Both the position numbers and the translations under genes were made by a program. This document shows positions 1 to 9,963 of a stretch of DNA of 64,000 nt, piece after piece. The first letter of the stretch is position 1. Every line of letters begins with the position of its first letter. Origin of the DNA: an uncultured Bacteroidales bacterium (GTDB lineage: Bacteria > Bacteroidota > Bacteroidia > Bacteroidales > G3-4614); the NCBI GenBank assembly GCA_949297125.1, contig CASFRS010000027.1, positions 76,465 through 140,464 on the forward strand, given 5' to 3'. The notes beneath the pieces were generated by a model. The model saw only the letters and a program-made list of their open reading frames with translations. It had not been told where the DNA came from and did no database searches.

Positions 1-917
1 TTTATATGGTATTTGTCCCCTTCTTCTACATTTATGTATATGTCTACGGTCTTGTCGTTGTGGGGCGCCACGCTGTCCGATACTATCCTTGCATCCCTGT
101 AGCCGAGTTCGTTGTATTTGCCCACAATCAGGTCGAGGTCTTCACGGTATTTCTCGCGGATAAACTTCTTCGGGCTGAACAGCCGGACAATGTCGCCCCG
201 CTCGTTGGTCTTCTTCATGGCATGTTTTACCTTCTTTGCCGAGAGCACCTCGTTGCCGCTGATGTATATCTTGTGGACCTTTACTTTCGATTTCTTGTCT
301 ATGATTATGTCTACGATTACGTTGTCTTTCCTCGAAAGGTCGGGGTGCTGTACGATTTTGACCTCGGCATTCCTGTACCCCTTGTCGTCGTAATATTTCC
401 TTATTATCTTTTCGGCCTTGTCTATTAGGTTCAGGTTTATCTGCCCTCCGCGTATTATGCCTACGCGGCTTTCAAGTTCGTCCTTGTCGCTCTTCTTTAC
501 CCCTATGTACCTTACCTCCGAAACCCTCGGCTGTTGGGTGAGGGCTATGTTCAGCCATGCCTTGTTCCCTACGGTTTTGGTGAGGGTGATAGCCACGTCG
601 GAAAAGAGCCCCTGTTTCCAGAAACGCTTTATTGCCGTCGATATCTCGTCTCCGGGAATCTTGATCGATTCCCCCACCGTAAGCCCGGAAAACCCTATAA
701 TCACGTAGTCGTCGAAGTTGTCCGCGCCGCTGACCGTTATGCCCCCTATCTCGTATGTGCGCGGAATGGCATAATTTACTTTCGGCGAATAGATGGTGTC
801 GGTAGAAGCCCCCTGTGCACGGGTCGCGGTCGGAACGGCCATGAAAAAAGCGGCCATTGCAACTGCTGCTATATATTTAATATTTATTCTTGACGTTTTA
901 AAACCGGATAGACTCAT
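1..917 (-). CDS. bamA: Outer membrane protein assembly factor BamA, N-terminal part (gene runs off the left edge)
   Basis: Absent from the ORF track because it is open-ended. My translation of the minus strand from ATG 917-915 gives [39 protein letters not shown].. (signal peptide). POTRA-like repeats follow (..[25 protein letters not shown].., ..[15 protein letters not shown].., ..[18 protein letters not shown]..). ATGA start/stop overlap with uppS; uppS-bamA synteny. Confidence 0.8.
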   Translation of the reverse strand, partial: MSLSGFKTSRINIKYIAAVAMAAFFMAVPTATRAQGASTDTIYSPKVNYAIPRTYEIGGITVSGADNFDDYVIIGFSGLTVGESIKIPGDEISTAIKRFWKQGLFSDVAITLTKTVGNKAWLNIALTQQPRVSEVRYIGVKKSDKDELESRVGIIRGGQINLNLIDKAEKIIRKYYDDKGYRNAEVKIVQHPDLSRKDNVIVDIIIDKKSKVKVHKIYISGNEVLSAKKVKHAMKKTNERGDIVRLFSPKKFIREKYREDLDLIVGKYNELGYRDARIVSDSVAPHNDKTVDIYINVEEGDKYHI

Positions 918-1654
918 AATTGTTCGCTTGTTTTCCCGAATCTGCGTTCGCGCGATTGATAACTGCAAATAGCCTTGTACAGGCTCTCTTTCCCGAAGTC
1001 TGGCCAAAACTCGTCGGTAAAGTAGAGCTCCGCGTAGGCGAGTTGCCACAGAAGGAAGTTGCTTATTCTCAGTTCTCCTCCCGTTCTGATAAGCAAATCA
1101 GGGTCGGGAATCTCTTTGGTGGTAAGGAATCGGCTTACCGTATCTTCGTCAATGTCATCGGCGGACAATTTTCCTTCGGCAGCGGCGCGGCAAATCTCCC
1201 TGGCCGCCCTGGCAATCTCCCATCTCGACGAATAGCTGAGGGCGAGAATAAGCGTAACGCCGGTCCCTTTGGCAGTCTCTTCAATGCATCTGTCGAGGCG
1301 TTCCCTGACCTCTGCCGGTATTCTCGACATGTCGCCTATGGCACGGAGCCTTACGTTGTTTTTGATTAAATCAGGCGTTTCCCTTTCTATTGCCATGACC
1401 ATAAGCGACATCAGCGCCGCTACTTCATCGTCCGGGCGGTTCCAGTTCTCTGTCGAGAAGGTGTATAGCGTCAGATATTCCAGACCCAGTTCCGAAGCCG
1501 CTTCGGTTACGGTACGCACGGCATCCACTCCGTAACGGTGTCCGTACGACCTCTCCATGTTGCGGGCTTTTGCCCACCTGCCGTTGCCGTCCATTATTAT
1601 GGCTATGTGGCGCGGCAGCCTGTCCATATCTATTTTGTCGATATACGATAACAT
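914..1654 (-). CDS. uppS: Isoprenyl transferase / undecaprenyl-diphosphate synthase
   Basis: 246-aa ORF with the cis-prenyltransferase motifs [13 protein letters not shown] and [15 protein letters not shown]. Confidence 0.95.
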   Translation of the reverse strand: MLSYIDKIDMDRLPRHIAIIMDGNGRWAKARNMERSYGHRYGVDAVRTVTEAASELGLEYLTLYTFSTENWNRPDDEVAALMSLMVMAIERETPDLIKNNVRLRAIGDMSRIPAEVRERLDRCIEETAKGTGVTLILALSYSSRWEIARAAREICRAAAEGKLSADDIDEDTVSRFLTTKEIPDPDLLIRTGGELRISNFLLWQLAYAELYFTDEFWPDFGKESLYKAICSYQSRERRFGKTSEQL

Positions 1655-1666
1655 CTCAAAGAGAGT

Positions 1667-2353
1667 TCATAAGTTGTCTATATTGTTGCAAATCTTCTTC
1701 TTCATACCGAAATCGTAAGTTACCGACAACATCGTGTATGAATACCAGTCCGTGTTCTTGAGCGCGGAACTGCTTATCCCGTACGGGTCGTCCAGCACTT
1801 TTCCGTCCAGTTTGTCGCCGAGCGTCTTGCGCATCGAAAACTCCAGCATTATGTTCCACCTTTTGCCGGCCTTGTATTTGACTCCGAAACCCAGCGGAAG
1901 GTTTACGTTTACATACCCGTCCCCCTTTACAGGTACGGCGGCAATTCCGAATCCGGCAAGGATATAGGGCGAAACCCTTTTCGTTCCGAGATACCGTTGC
2001 CCGATGCCGTAGTTGAAAAAGTTGAACTCCGCCTGTACCCCAATATCCAGAAGCTGCCTCTTGAAAGAGTATTCGGCATTGCCCGGGAAATATCCGGCCA
2101 GCCCCCTTGTGTCGGCTTTCAGCGTTGCCGTAGAGAGTCCGCATTTAAGGGCCCACCTGTAATTTATGTTCCACCTGAAAGCCGCATCGAAAGCCGCTCC
2201 CGGTCTCCTGAACGGTTTTGACAGGTTGGCATCGCCCATGTAAAACCCTATGCCCCCTCCCGCACCGATTTCATATTTGTATGTCTGAGCGTCGGCGCAG
2301 GCGGCAATAAAGACGAGAATCAATATGACTATGCCGTTTTTCACTGTTTTCAA
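1667..2353 (-). CDS. Outer-membrane beta-barrel protein (DUF6089/porin-like family)
   Basis: 228-aa ORF with a signal peptide (..FIAACADAQ). It has an alternating Gly/aromatic beta-strand pattern and a C-terminal aromatic-rich end. It lies 12 nt upstream of uppS in the same operon. Confidence 0.65.
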   Translation of the reverse strand: MKTVKNGIVILILVFIAACADAQTYKYEIGAGGGIGFYMGDANLSKPFRRPGAAFDAAFRWNINYRWALKCGLSTATLKADTRGLAGYFPGNAEYSFKRQLLDIGVQAEFNFFNYGIGQRYLGTKRVSPYILAGFGIAAVPVKGDGYVNVNLPLGFGVKYKAGKRWNIMLEFSMRKTLGDKLDGKVLDDPYGISSSALKNTDWYSYTMLSVTYDFGMKKKICNNIDNL

Positions 2354-2426
2354 GAAGGGCGCTGAACCCCTCTTAAAAGAACGCGGAAAACAGAATAAAA
2401 TTATCTGCGTCCTTATTTTTATTCAA

Positions 2427-3977
2427 TTATTCGAGAGTCGGAAACGTAAACCTTAATATTACGCCTTTCCATATCTCGTTCAAGAAACTGTAATCGTTGG
2501 AATTGCTTCCTCCTACCATATATACGTACGGGACAGAAGCCGGGGCTTCCGTCATCCTGGCCTTGAGGATGTCGGGAATATCCGTTATGCCGGCCGGTTC
2601 CCAACCTGCGGGGTTCGCGCCCCCGCCGTTCTCTCCGTAAAGGACGAAAGCATCTGCATCCATTCTTGCCGTAATCTCTTCGGGCAACTGCATGGGCGAG
2701 CCTTCGCCCGCTTCGCTCCATGTGCCTCCGAGGTTGGTAGTGTAGAATAAATCCTTTGTCATGCGCGTACCGTCCCAACCGCCGAAAAGGAAATACGTCA
2801 GCGTGGTCTTGTGCAGGTCGTACTCTTCATCGTATACAGAGGTGTAGTACGGGAAGAGCGTAGCCCCGGTTCTCGGTGTTATCGGTGCCCCGCTCCCGCC
2901 CGAATCGAGATTGTTCAGGATGGCCCAGCTGTTGCCGTCGAAGCCCCATATCGCATTAGTCAGTTTGCCGCTTTTAAGCGTTCCGCAGGCAATTACCAGT
3001 TGCGGGCTTCCCCACTGGCTTGATAGGATTACGGGAGAACTGAATCCCGACGTCGGGAAATTATCGGGCAAAACCGATGTCGTATAAGAACCGTCCGATA
3101 TGTCGATTGCAATATGGCTGAAAGTCGCGTCGGAATCAGTTACGACAGCGAGAAGCTTGTTGTTGAACGCTCCTATTATACTGGTAATTAACAGGTTGTT
3201 GGGGTTTAAAAATGGACTTTCAGTAAACGTGAATGTCGAAAAATCATTGCAAGAATAAAGAACCCCATTCCTCGAGACGAAAAGTGTATTTTCTACCAGG
3301 ACAAGCGACCGCCAGTCCGTAGATTCAGGCGCTGATATGCCGATTTCGTTCGACCATGTGTTCATGTCGGTCGATGAAACCATTTTCGGTTCCCCCGCAG
3401 CATTCTCGTAGAACAAACAATAACGGTCGTCTATTTTTATGCACTTGGCCGATGCGGAACCGGCCGTGGACGCGGGAAGGGCATTCGTTTCCAGTTTTTG
3501 CCAGTAGAGCGAATCCGCCGCCACCTTGTGGACGTTCACTTTTATCAGATAGTCCCTTGTCGTATAGCCGTCCGCGGCGACCACGCTCATCCTTACCCCG
3601 CCGTTTTCCGATTCGGTAAAGTCTATTTTCGTCGTAGCGTCGTAAAGGTAGTTGTACCGCTGGGTGGTCCCTCCCGATTCGTAATAAACCATTACGCTCG
3701 AGGCGCTGTTGAATGTGGCCATAATGGCAATGCCCGATATGTCGGTCCCGTAGGGAAGGGAGTCGGCATTGTAAATCAGGGCCTTGTCGAGATCTATCGT
3801 GAAGAATATCTTGTCCAGGTTGGGGAGAACCGACTCGTCGTCTACCAGCGCAAAGGACTTCACCATTGTATTATTGTACGATACATAATAATACTCGTCG
3901 CTTTTGCTCCCGCATCCGATACTGAAAAGTATCGCTCCCAAAACCGGAAAAAGTAAGCATTTCCTGATGCCTTTCAT
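2427..3977 (-). CDS. Lipoprotein of unknown function (possibly DUF6242-like, beta-rich)
   Basis: 516-aa ORF with a lipobox (LFSIGC). Composition is protein-like and there is a Kelch-like LFGGWDG segment. I recognise no catalytic motif. Confidence 0.6.
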   Translation of the reverse strand: MKGIRKCLLFPVLGAILFSIGCGSKSDEYYYVSYNNTMVKSFALVDDESVLPNLDKIFFTIDLDKALIYNADSLPYGTDISGIAIMATFNSASSVMVYYESGGTTQRYNYLYDATTKIDFTESENGGVRMSVVAADGYTTRDYLIKVNVHKVAADSLYWQKLETNALPASTAGSASAKCIKIDDRYCLFYENAAGEPKMVSSTDMNTWSNEIGISAPESTDWRSLVLVENTLFVSRNGVLYSCNDFSTFTFTESPFLNPNNLLITSIIGAFNNKLLAVVTDSDATFSHIAIDISDGSYTTSVLPDNFPTSGFSSPVILSSQWGSPQLVIACGTLKSGKLTNAIWGFDGNSWAILNNLDSGGSGAPITPRTGATLFPYYTSVYDEEYDLHKTTLTYFLFGGWDGTRMTKDLFYTTNLGGTWSEAGEGSPMQLPEEITARMDADAFVLYGENGGGANPAGWEPAGITDIPDILKARMTEAPASVPYVYMVGGSNSNDYSFLNEIWKGVILRFTFPTLE

Positions 3978-4014
3978 CGCTCTTTTCTGAGTTGTGCCTT
4001 TATTATAAGTCCCG

Positions 4015-4022
4015 CAAAATTA
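4015..4022 (-). promoter_or_regulatory. Bacteroidota -7 promoter box (TAATTTTG on minus strand)
   Basis: Matches TAnnTTTG, about 38 nt upstream of ATG 3977. Confidence 0.45.
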
Positions 4023-4100
4023 ATAAGAAATTCGTTTTTTCATGAATTAAAAAAACTCAAATATGACATTTCGGGCGAATACGTCAGCCTTCTCCGCATT

Positions 4101-5177
4101 TTATGTATTGTACGGGTACGGGCATATTTTGTTTGAATAAGAGTAAAATATCGACGAACTCCCTATGTTGAACGACTGTTCGTAACCGCAGTTGAAAACC
4201 GGCGATTTTACTCCGTCAAGCAGTTTTACCGGGGCAACCTCGCGCCTTACCTCGTCCCAAAGGTCCATGTCGATGAATTTTTGCAGGGTAAAAGCTCCCC
4301 CCTCTATTATAACCGAGGTGATTCCCCTGTCGTAAAGCCCGTCCAGAATCTGGGGAATGACGTCGGCCGAAAAATCAGTTATAACCGTCTCGGCTTTCCT
4401 GCGCGGCACGTATTCCTGTTCCGAAAAGACAATACACCTCCCTTCCCCCGAAAAAATGTTGCTGTCGGCGGGAATCCTCCCGCGGCGGTCTATGGTGCAC
4501 CTCGCAGGAGATTTCCCGTAAAAGTGGCGCGTAGTGAGCGACGGGTTGTCTGTAATGACCGTTTCAGTACCTACGAGAATGGCGTCGAACAGTGTCCGTC
4601 CGGCATGAATCCATGCAAGCGCTTCGGGCGAAGAGAGGGAGGTCCTGACAGGCTTGCCGTTTACCTTTTTTGCAATAAACCCGTCCATGCTCTCGCACCA
4701 TTTGAGCTGGATATACGGGCGTTTTTCGGTGTGGCACGTAATGAACCTCCTGTTAAGGAAACGGCATTCCCTTTCAAGCACACCCACAGTTACGTCGATG
4801 CCTGCCCCGGCCATGCGTTCTATACCCCTTCCCGCCACCTTGGCAAAAGGGTCTTTGCACCCCACGACAACTCTCGGAATACCGCAGGCAATAATCAGGT
4901 CGCAGCATGGAGGCGTTTTCCCGAAATGCGCGCACGGTTCAAGGGTAACATATATGGTGCTGTTTTTCAGTCTGCTTTTGTCGCTTACCGAGTTCACGGC
5001 ATTTACCTCGGCGTGCGCCTCCCCGTATTTTCTGTGGTAGCCTTCCCCTATTATTTTCCCGTCCGAAACTATGACCGCCCCTACCATCGGGTTGGGCGAG
5101 ACTCTTCCTGCCCCGCATCCGGCAAGCTGCAAGGCGCGGCGCATGTAAATTTCATCGGCAGAATAGGTACTCTTCAT
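4101..5177 (-). CDS. ribD: Bifunctional riboflavin biosynthesis deaminase/reductase RibD
   Basis: Deaminase zinc motifs HAEVNA and PCAHFGKTPPC, followed by a C-terminal reductase domain. I prefer the internal ATG at 5177 (MKSTYSADEIYMRRAL..) to the track start at 5207. Confidence 0.9.
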   Translation of the reverse strand: MKSTYSADEIYMRRALQLAGCGAGRVSPNPMVGAVIVSDGKIIGEGYHRKYGEAHAEVNAVNSVSDKSRLKNSTIYVTLEPCAHFGKTPPCCDLIIACGIPRVVVGCKDPFAKVAGRGIERMAGAGIDVTVGVLERECRFLNRRFITCHTEKRPYIQLKWCESMDGFIAKKVNGKPVRTSLSSPEALAWIHAGRTLFDAILVGTETVITDNPSLTTRHFYGKSPARCTIDRRGRIPADSNIFSGEGRCIVFSEQEYVPRRKAETVITDFSADVIPQILDGLYDRGITSVIIEGGAFTLQKFIDMDLWDEVRREVAPVKLLDGVKSPVFNCGYEQSFNIGSSSIFYSYSNKICPYPYNT

Positions 5178-5186
5178 AAATGTTGC

Positions 5187-5194
5187 TAAATTTG
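5187..5194 (+). promoter_or_regulatory. Bacteroidota -7 promoter box (TAAATTTG) for prmC
   Basis: TAnnTTTG match 22 nt upstream of ATG 5216, in the 38-bp divergent spacer shared with ribD. Confidence 0.45.
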
Positions 5195-5215
5195 TGCAGG
5201 CATACATCCCTGCGT

Positions 5216-6070
5216 ATGAACGAACTCGTCCCTGAAATCCGGAAACGGCTGAATACCGTATACGACAGCAGTGAAGCCGACTGGCTTGTCCGCTGCATAA
5301 TGGAAGACGTGTGCGGCATGAGCCGGGCCGATATGCTGGTCAAAGATATAAAAATCCCTGCTGAAAAAAAACGCCGGGCGGAACAGGTGGTAGCGAGGCT
5401 AATGCAAAGGGAACCGTACCAGTACATAACCGGACGCATGTACTTCTGCGGGATTCCGCTGTATGTATCGCCTTCCGTGCTGATACCCCGTCCCGAGACG
5501 GCCGAACTTGTCTGCCGGATATCGGAGCGCGAGTGCGGCAATGCCCCCTTGCGTATTCTCGACCTCTGCACCGGCAGCGGGTGTATTGCCGTTGCTTTGG
5601 CGAAAAAGATAAAGGATGCCGAGTTTTTTGCGGCCGACATATCGGCCGAAGCGTTGGAGGTGGCGTGCCGCAATGCCCGGGAAAACGGCGTTGAGGTGAA
5701 ATTCGCCGAATGCGACATTTTGGGCGATATCCGGCAGCTTCCCTCAAATGTCGACGTCATAGTAAGCAACCCTCCGTATGTAACGGAGTCGGAAAAAAAG
5801 GACATGGATGCCAACGTCCTCGGTTACGAGCCGCATCGGGCCCTGTTTGTCCCCGACGAAGCCCCCCTGCTCTTCTACAGCCGGATAGCCGATATCGGAC
5901 ATACGCTGCTCTCCCCGCAAGGGAGGCTCTATCTGGAAATAAATTCCGCCTATGCCGGCGAGACGGCGCGCATGCTGGAGCAGAAAGGGTATTCCGCAAT
6001 AGAGATAAGAAAAGACTTTTACAACAATGCTCGATTTATAGAATGTGTGCTGAAGAGGACGACAACGTAA
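5216..6070 (+). CDS. prmC: Release-factor glutamine N5-methyltransferase PrmC
   Basis: SAM-binding ILDLCTGSG and catalytic NPPY motifs. Start taken at the internal ATG (MNELVPEIRKRL..). Confidence 0.9.
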   Translation: MNELVPEIRKRLNTVYDSSEADWLVRCIMEDVCGMSRADMLVKDIKIPAEKKRRAEQVVARLMQREPYQYITGRMYFCGIPLYVSPSVLIPRPETAELVCRISERECGNAPLRILDLCTGSGCIAVALAKKIKDAEFFAADISAEALEVACRNARENGVEVKFAECDILGDIRQLPSNVDVIVSNPPYVTESEKKDMDANVLGYEPHRALFVPDEAPLLFYSRIADIGHTLLSPQGRLYLEINSAYAGETARMLEQKGYSAIEIRKDFYNNARFIECVLKRTTT

Positions 6071-6561
6071 AAAGCGTATACGCCGCCGCCGTGAAGCGGG
6101 CTGCCGCCATCTGCGCCCGTTCCGAGCAGTGCGAGGCGGCCGTAAGACGCCGGCTCGACGGCTGGGGAGTACCCGGGCCTGTTGCCGTGCAGGTGATAGA
6201 ATATCTGAAAGAAAACTCGTATATCGACAATACCCGTTATATGCACAGTTTTGTAAACGACAAGTTCCGTTTCGGGAAGTGGGGACGCCAGAAGATACGG
6301 CATGCCCTCAGGGAAAACGGTTTGTCGGGCAGGGAGGCAGAAGAAGCCCTGGGTGCGATAGATGAAGAAGAGTATGCCGCTGCCCTGCAAAAGGCAGTGT
6401 CGGAAAAGGCGGCAAGGAGGGGAGGGGCAGAGTCGTATGCCGACCGTGCCGCCGTGTATAACTTCTGCGTAATGCGCGGATACGAACCCGAACTGGTAAC
6501 GAGGGCAATAGACGAGTATTGCCGCAGGGGCGGGGCGGCAGACCAAGAAACCCGAGAATAG
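6043..6561 (+). CDS. recX: Recombination regulator RecX
   Basis: C-terminal 172 codons of track ORF 5710..6561. Three-helix repeat pattern (..CARSEQCEAAVRRRL.., ..ENSYIDNTRYMHSFVNDK.., ..GRQKIRHALRENGL..). ATG 6043 overlaps the prmC end by 28 nt; the exact start is uncertain. Confidence 0.7.
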   Translation: MCAEEDDNVKSVYAAAVKRAAAICARSEQCEAAVRRRLDGWGVPGPVAVQVIEYLKENSYIDNTRYMHSFVNDKFRFGKWGRQKIRHALRENGLSGREAEEALGAIDEEEYAAALQKAVSEKAARRGGAESYADRAAVYNFCVMRGYEPELVTRAIDEYCRRGGAADQETRE

Positions 6562-6600
6562 GAAACAGACCAAAGAGGCAACCGCCCGATACCCGAACCT

Positions 6601-7296
6601 ATGAACCTGCTCTCCTCCATAACCGACCTGTTTTATCCCCGTATCTGCATCCGGTGCGGGCGGAAACTGAACAGGCCGGAAAAATACCTTTGTGCATACT
6701 GCCTGGCCGCCATGCCCGAAACCTCCTCGCACCTGTTGCGCGATAATCCGGTTGCCGAAGCCATAGCCGGGCTGGTGGCGGTAAAGGAGGCCTACGCGTG
6801 GTTCTATCATACCCGCAAAGGGAGTTACGGACGGCTCATATACGAAATAAAATACGCCCGCAACCTTGCACTCGCCCGATATCTCGGCGCATATTACGCC
6901 AACGAGCTCCGGCAGGCCGGCAAATTGAAGGCAGTGGCATATATAGTTCCCGTCCCGCTGCACCCGTCAAGGAAAAAAATGCGGGGCTATAACCAAAGCG
7001 AAGAGATAGCGAAAGGGGTGGCTCCGGTCCTCGGGGCGGAAATACGCAACGACCTTGTAGTACGGACCGAGGCCACTCCGTCGCAAGTGAGCAAAAGCCG
7101 CTATGAAAGGTGGGAAAACATGCGGCATGCCTTTCGGGCGACTGCGCCGGCAGTCGGGGACGAAGACAAGGGGATACTGCTCGTGGACGACGTGATAACC
7201 ACCGGGTCTACTCTTCTGGCCTGCGCCCATGCCCTCGAAACGGCAGGTTACCGCAACATATCCATAATGGGCCTGGCCTATTCAAACTCCCGGTAA
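6601..7296 (+). CDS. ComF-family phosphoribosyltransferase-domain protein
   Basis: N-terminal CxxC..CxxC zinc-finger-like region (CIRCG..CAYC) and a PRPP motif (LLVDDVITTGSTL). Confidence 0.85.
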   Translation: MNLLSSITDLFYPRICIRCGRKLNRPEKYLCAYCLAAMPETSSHLLRDNPVAEAIAGLVAVKEAYAWFYHTRKGSYGRLIYEIKYARNLALARYLGAYYANELRQAGKLKAVAYIVPVPLHPSRKKMRGYNQSEEIAKGVAPVLGAEIRNDLVVRTEATPSQVSKSRYERWENMRHAFRATAPAVGDEDKGILLVDDVITTGSTLLACAHALETAGYRNISIMGLAYSNSR

Positions 7297-7340
7297 AGCA
7301 AAAAATGGGGCGTACATATTGGAATACGGCATATATTCCC

Positions 7341-7348
7341 TAACTTTG
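7341..7348 (+). promoter_or_regulatory. Bacteroidota -7 promoter box (TAACTTTG) for pyrE
   Basis: TAnnTTTG match 70 nt upstream of ATG 7418. Confidence 0.45.
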
Positions 7349-7417
7349 CAGCAAGGGGAGCGCCCCCGTTGAAGAGACAATTTACATAAAAACAAACAAG
7401 TAAAATAGAAGAACAAT

Positions 7418-8050
7418 ATGGCAACGGTAGAAAAATTGCTGGCGAAGAAACTGATAAATATAAGTGCAATAAAGTTGCAGCCCTCCAAGCCGTTCACATG
7501 GGCATCGGGGTGGAAATCCCCCATCTATACGGACAACCGCAAAACCTTGTCGTATCCCGATGTGCGTACATTCATAAAAATTGAGTTGACACGCATGATA
7601 TCCGAGAACTTCACCGGGATAGACGTCATAGCCGGGGTGGCCACCGGGGCCATAGCGCAGGGTGCGCTGATAGCCGACGAACTGTCGTTGCCGTACATCT
7701 ATATCCGGTCCACGCCCAAGGACCACGGGCTGGAGAACCTTATAGAGGGCGACCTCAGGCCCGGTCAGCGCGTTTTGGTGGTGGAAGACCTCATATCTAC
7801 CGGAAGCAGCAGCCTTAAGGCCGTAGAAGCCGTAAGGCGTGCAGGCGGCGAAGTGGTCGGTATGGCGGCCATATTCACCTATGGGTTCCCGGTAGCCGAA
7901 GAGAAGTTCAGGAATGCGGGCGTAGAGCTCTGCACGCTGAGCAACTATGCAGCGGTTCTGGAAACCGCGCTGGAATCGGGATATATTACAAAAGAAGAAC
8001 TTGCCGCGCTGAAAGTGTGGCGCGAAAAACCTTCGGTATGGATGCAGTAG
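7418..8050 (+). CDS. pyrE: Orotate phosphoribosyltransferase
   Basis: 210-aa ORF with the PRPP-binding motif VLVVEDLISTGSS and typical PyrE length. Confidence 0.93.
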   Translation: MATVEKLLAKKLINISAIKLQPSKPFTWASGWKSPIYTDNRKTLSYPDVRTFIKIELTRMISENFTGIDVIAGVATGAIAQGALIADELSLPYIYIRSTPKDHGLENLIEGDLRPGQRVLVVEDLISTGSSSLKAVEAVRRAGGEVVGMAAIFTYGFPVAEEKFRNAGVELCTLSNYAAVLETALESGYITKEELAALKVWREKPSVWMQ

Positions 8051-8475
8051 GGGACGGCAAGGGGCGTTACGAAAGCCAGGTGAAAAAAGTCGGGGCGTCG
8101 AGCGGTTCCGTTTATTCCATGCTCTCCGACCTGAACAATATCAGCCGCATAAAGGAGCGTATTCCGGCCGATAAGATAAAAGACCTCCGGTTCGATACCG
8201 ACACCTGTTCTATAACCGTCGAGCCGGTAGGCGAGATAACGTTCGCAATATGCGACCGGATACCCGGGAAAACCGTGAAGTTCTCGGCCGTAAACTCCCC
8301 CGTGCCCTTTTATCTGTGGGTGCAGGTGCTGCCAACGGCCGAATCTGAATCGAAAATAAAAGTAACCTGTCAGGTAGAACTCAATGCGTTCCTGCGCAGC
8401 ATGGTGTCGCGGCAGTTGCAGGAAGCCGTCGACAGGCTGGCCGACATATTGACTGTAATACCGTACGAAAAATAG
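8038..8475 (+). CDS. SRPBCC-superfamily protein, function unknown
   Basis: About 145 aa with protein-like composition, lying between pyrE and argH. ATG 8038 overlaps the pyrE stop by 13 nt. The family call is by fold-type resemblance only. Confidence 0.55.
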   Translation: MDAVGDGKGRYESQVKKVGASSGSVYSMLSDLNNISRIKERIPADKIKDLRFDTDTCSITVEPVGEITFAICDRIPGKTVKFSAVNSPVPFYLWVQVLPTAESESKIKVTCQVELNAFLRSMVSRQLQEAVDRLADILTVIPYEK

Positions 8476-8482
8476 AAGTGAG

Positions 8483-9823
8483 ATGGCAGAAAAACTTTGG
8501 CAGAAAAAGACCGTTGTAAATGCCGAGATAGAAAAATACACGGTGGGGCGCGACAGGGAAATGGACCTGTATCTTGCTCCGTACGACGTACTGGGGTCCA
8601 TAGCGCACATAACCATGCTTGAGTCGATAGGGCTCCTTACCGCCGACGAGCTTGCCCGGCTTACGGCCGAGCTGAGGAAAATATACGAAGTGGCCGAACG
8701 CGGCGAATTTGAAATAGAAGAAGGGGTGGAAGACGTCCATTCGCAGGTAGAGCTGATGCTTACCCGGGAGTTGGGCGATATAGGCAAGAAGATACACAGC
8801 GGGCGCTCCCGCAACGACCAGGTACTTGTCGATCTGAAGCTCTTCATGCGGGCCGAAATCAAGACCCTCGTAGAAGTCTGCGACGAGCTCTTTACAACCC
8901 TTATAAGCCAGAGCAACCGCTACAAGGACGTGCTGATGCCCGGATATACGCACCTGCAGGTGGCCATGCCCTCATCGTTCGGGCTTTGGTTCGGGGCATA
9001 TGCCGAAAGTCTCGTCGACGACCTCATGCTGCTGCAGGCAGCCTACAAGGTTGTAAACCGCAATCCGCTCGGGTCGGCTGCCGGGTACGGTTCGTCGTTC
9101 CCGCTCAACAGGAGCATGACTACCGACCTGCTCGGTTTCGACTCGATGGACTATAACGTGGTGTATGCACAGATGAGCCGCGGGAAAACCGAGAGGATAC
9201 TCTCTTCCGCAATGGCCTCGATAGCGGCAACCGTCTCCAAACTCGCATTCGATGCGTGCCTGTATAACTCGCAGAACTTCGGGTTTATAAAGCTCCCCGA
9301 CGAATATACCACGGGGTCGAGCATAATGCCGCACAAGAAGAACCCCGACGTCTTTGAACTGACACGGGCCAAATGCAACAAACTGCAGTCCCTCCCGTTC
9401 CAGATAACGCTTATAACCAACAACCTGCCGTCAGGGTATTTCCGCGACATGCAGCTGATAAAGGAATCGTTCCTGCCGTCGTTCGATGAACTCAAGGAGT
9501 GCATAAAGATGACCTCCGAGATGGCTGGCCTTATAAAAGTGAATGCCGACATTCTCTCCGACGACCGTTACAAGTACATGTTCAGCGTAGAGGAAGTAAA
9601 CCGGCGCACGCGGCAGGGCGTACCGTTCCGCGATGCTTACAGGCAGGTGGGAATAGAAATAGAAGAAGGGCGTTTCGTCCCCGACATGAAAGTCTCCCAT
9701 ACCCATGAAGGGAGTATCGGAAACCTTTGCAACGACAAAATATCCGCGCTTGAACAGCAGGCCGTGGCAGGTTTCAATTTCAGCAGGGCCGAAGAGGCCT
9801 GCAACGCTCTGCTCGGACGCTGA
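8483..9823 (+). CDS. argH: Argininosuccinate lyase
   Basis: 446-aa ORF with the fumarate-lyase signature GSSIMPHKKNPD. Confidence 0.95.
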   Translation: MAEKLWQKKTVVNAEIEKYTVGRDREMDLYLAPYDVLGSIAHITMLESIGLLTADELARLTAELRKIYEVAERGEFEIEEGVEDVHSQVELMLTRELGDIGKKIHSGRSRNDQVLVDLKLFMRAEIKTLVEVCDELFTTLISQSNRYKDVLMPGYTHLQVAMPSSFGLWFGAYAESLVDDLMLLQAAYKVVNRNPLGSAAGYGSSFPLNRSMTTDLLGFDSMDYNVVYAQMSRGKTERILSSAMASIAATVSKLAFDACLYNSQNFGFIKLPDEYTTGSSIMPHKKNPDVFELTRAKCNKLQSLPFQITLITNNLPSGYFRDMQLIKESFLPSFDELKECIKMTSEMAGLIKVNADILSDDRYKYMFSVEEVNRRTRQGVPFRDAYRQVGIEIEEGRFVPDMKVSHTHEGSIGNLCNDKISALEQQAVAGFNFSRAEEACNALLGR

Positions 9824-9895
9824 GGCGCGGGGAAGGACCGGAGGCCGATGAAAGGCGGAGCGCGTATCGCGTCCCGTTAAAATTATAGCAGCAGG

Positions 9896-9928
9896 CCGGA
9901 CAGGCCGTTGTCTTACAGGCCTGTCCGG
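9896..9928 (+). terminator. Hairpin downstream of argH (11-bp perfect stem, no clear T-tract)
   Basis: CCGGACAGGCC (9896-9906) pairs with GGCCTGTCCGG (9918-9928) across an 11-nt loop. Confidence 0.4.
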
Positions 9929-9963
9929 TATCGCCGGGCAAAAGGTAGCAAAAAAGGCGCAGT

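Noticed and set aside
5710-6561. A 283-aa ORF suggesting a much longer protein that overlaps prmC.
   Set aside because: The first 111 codons are an out-of-frame overlap with the well-supported prmC gene and are Arg/Pro-rich. Only the C-terminal 172 codons (6043..6561) look like RecX.
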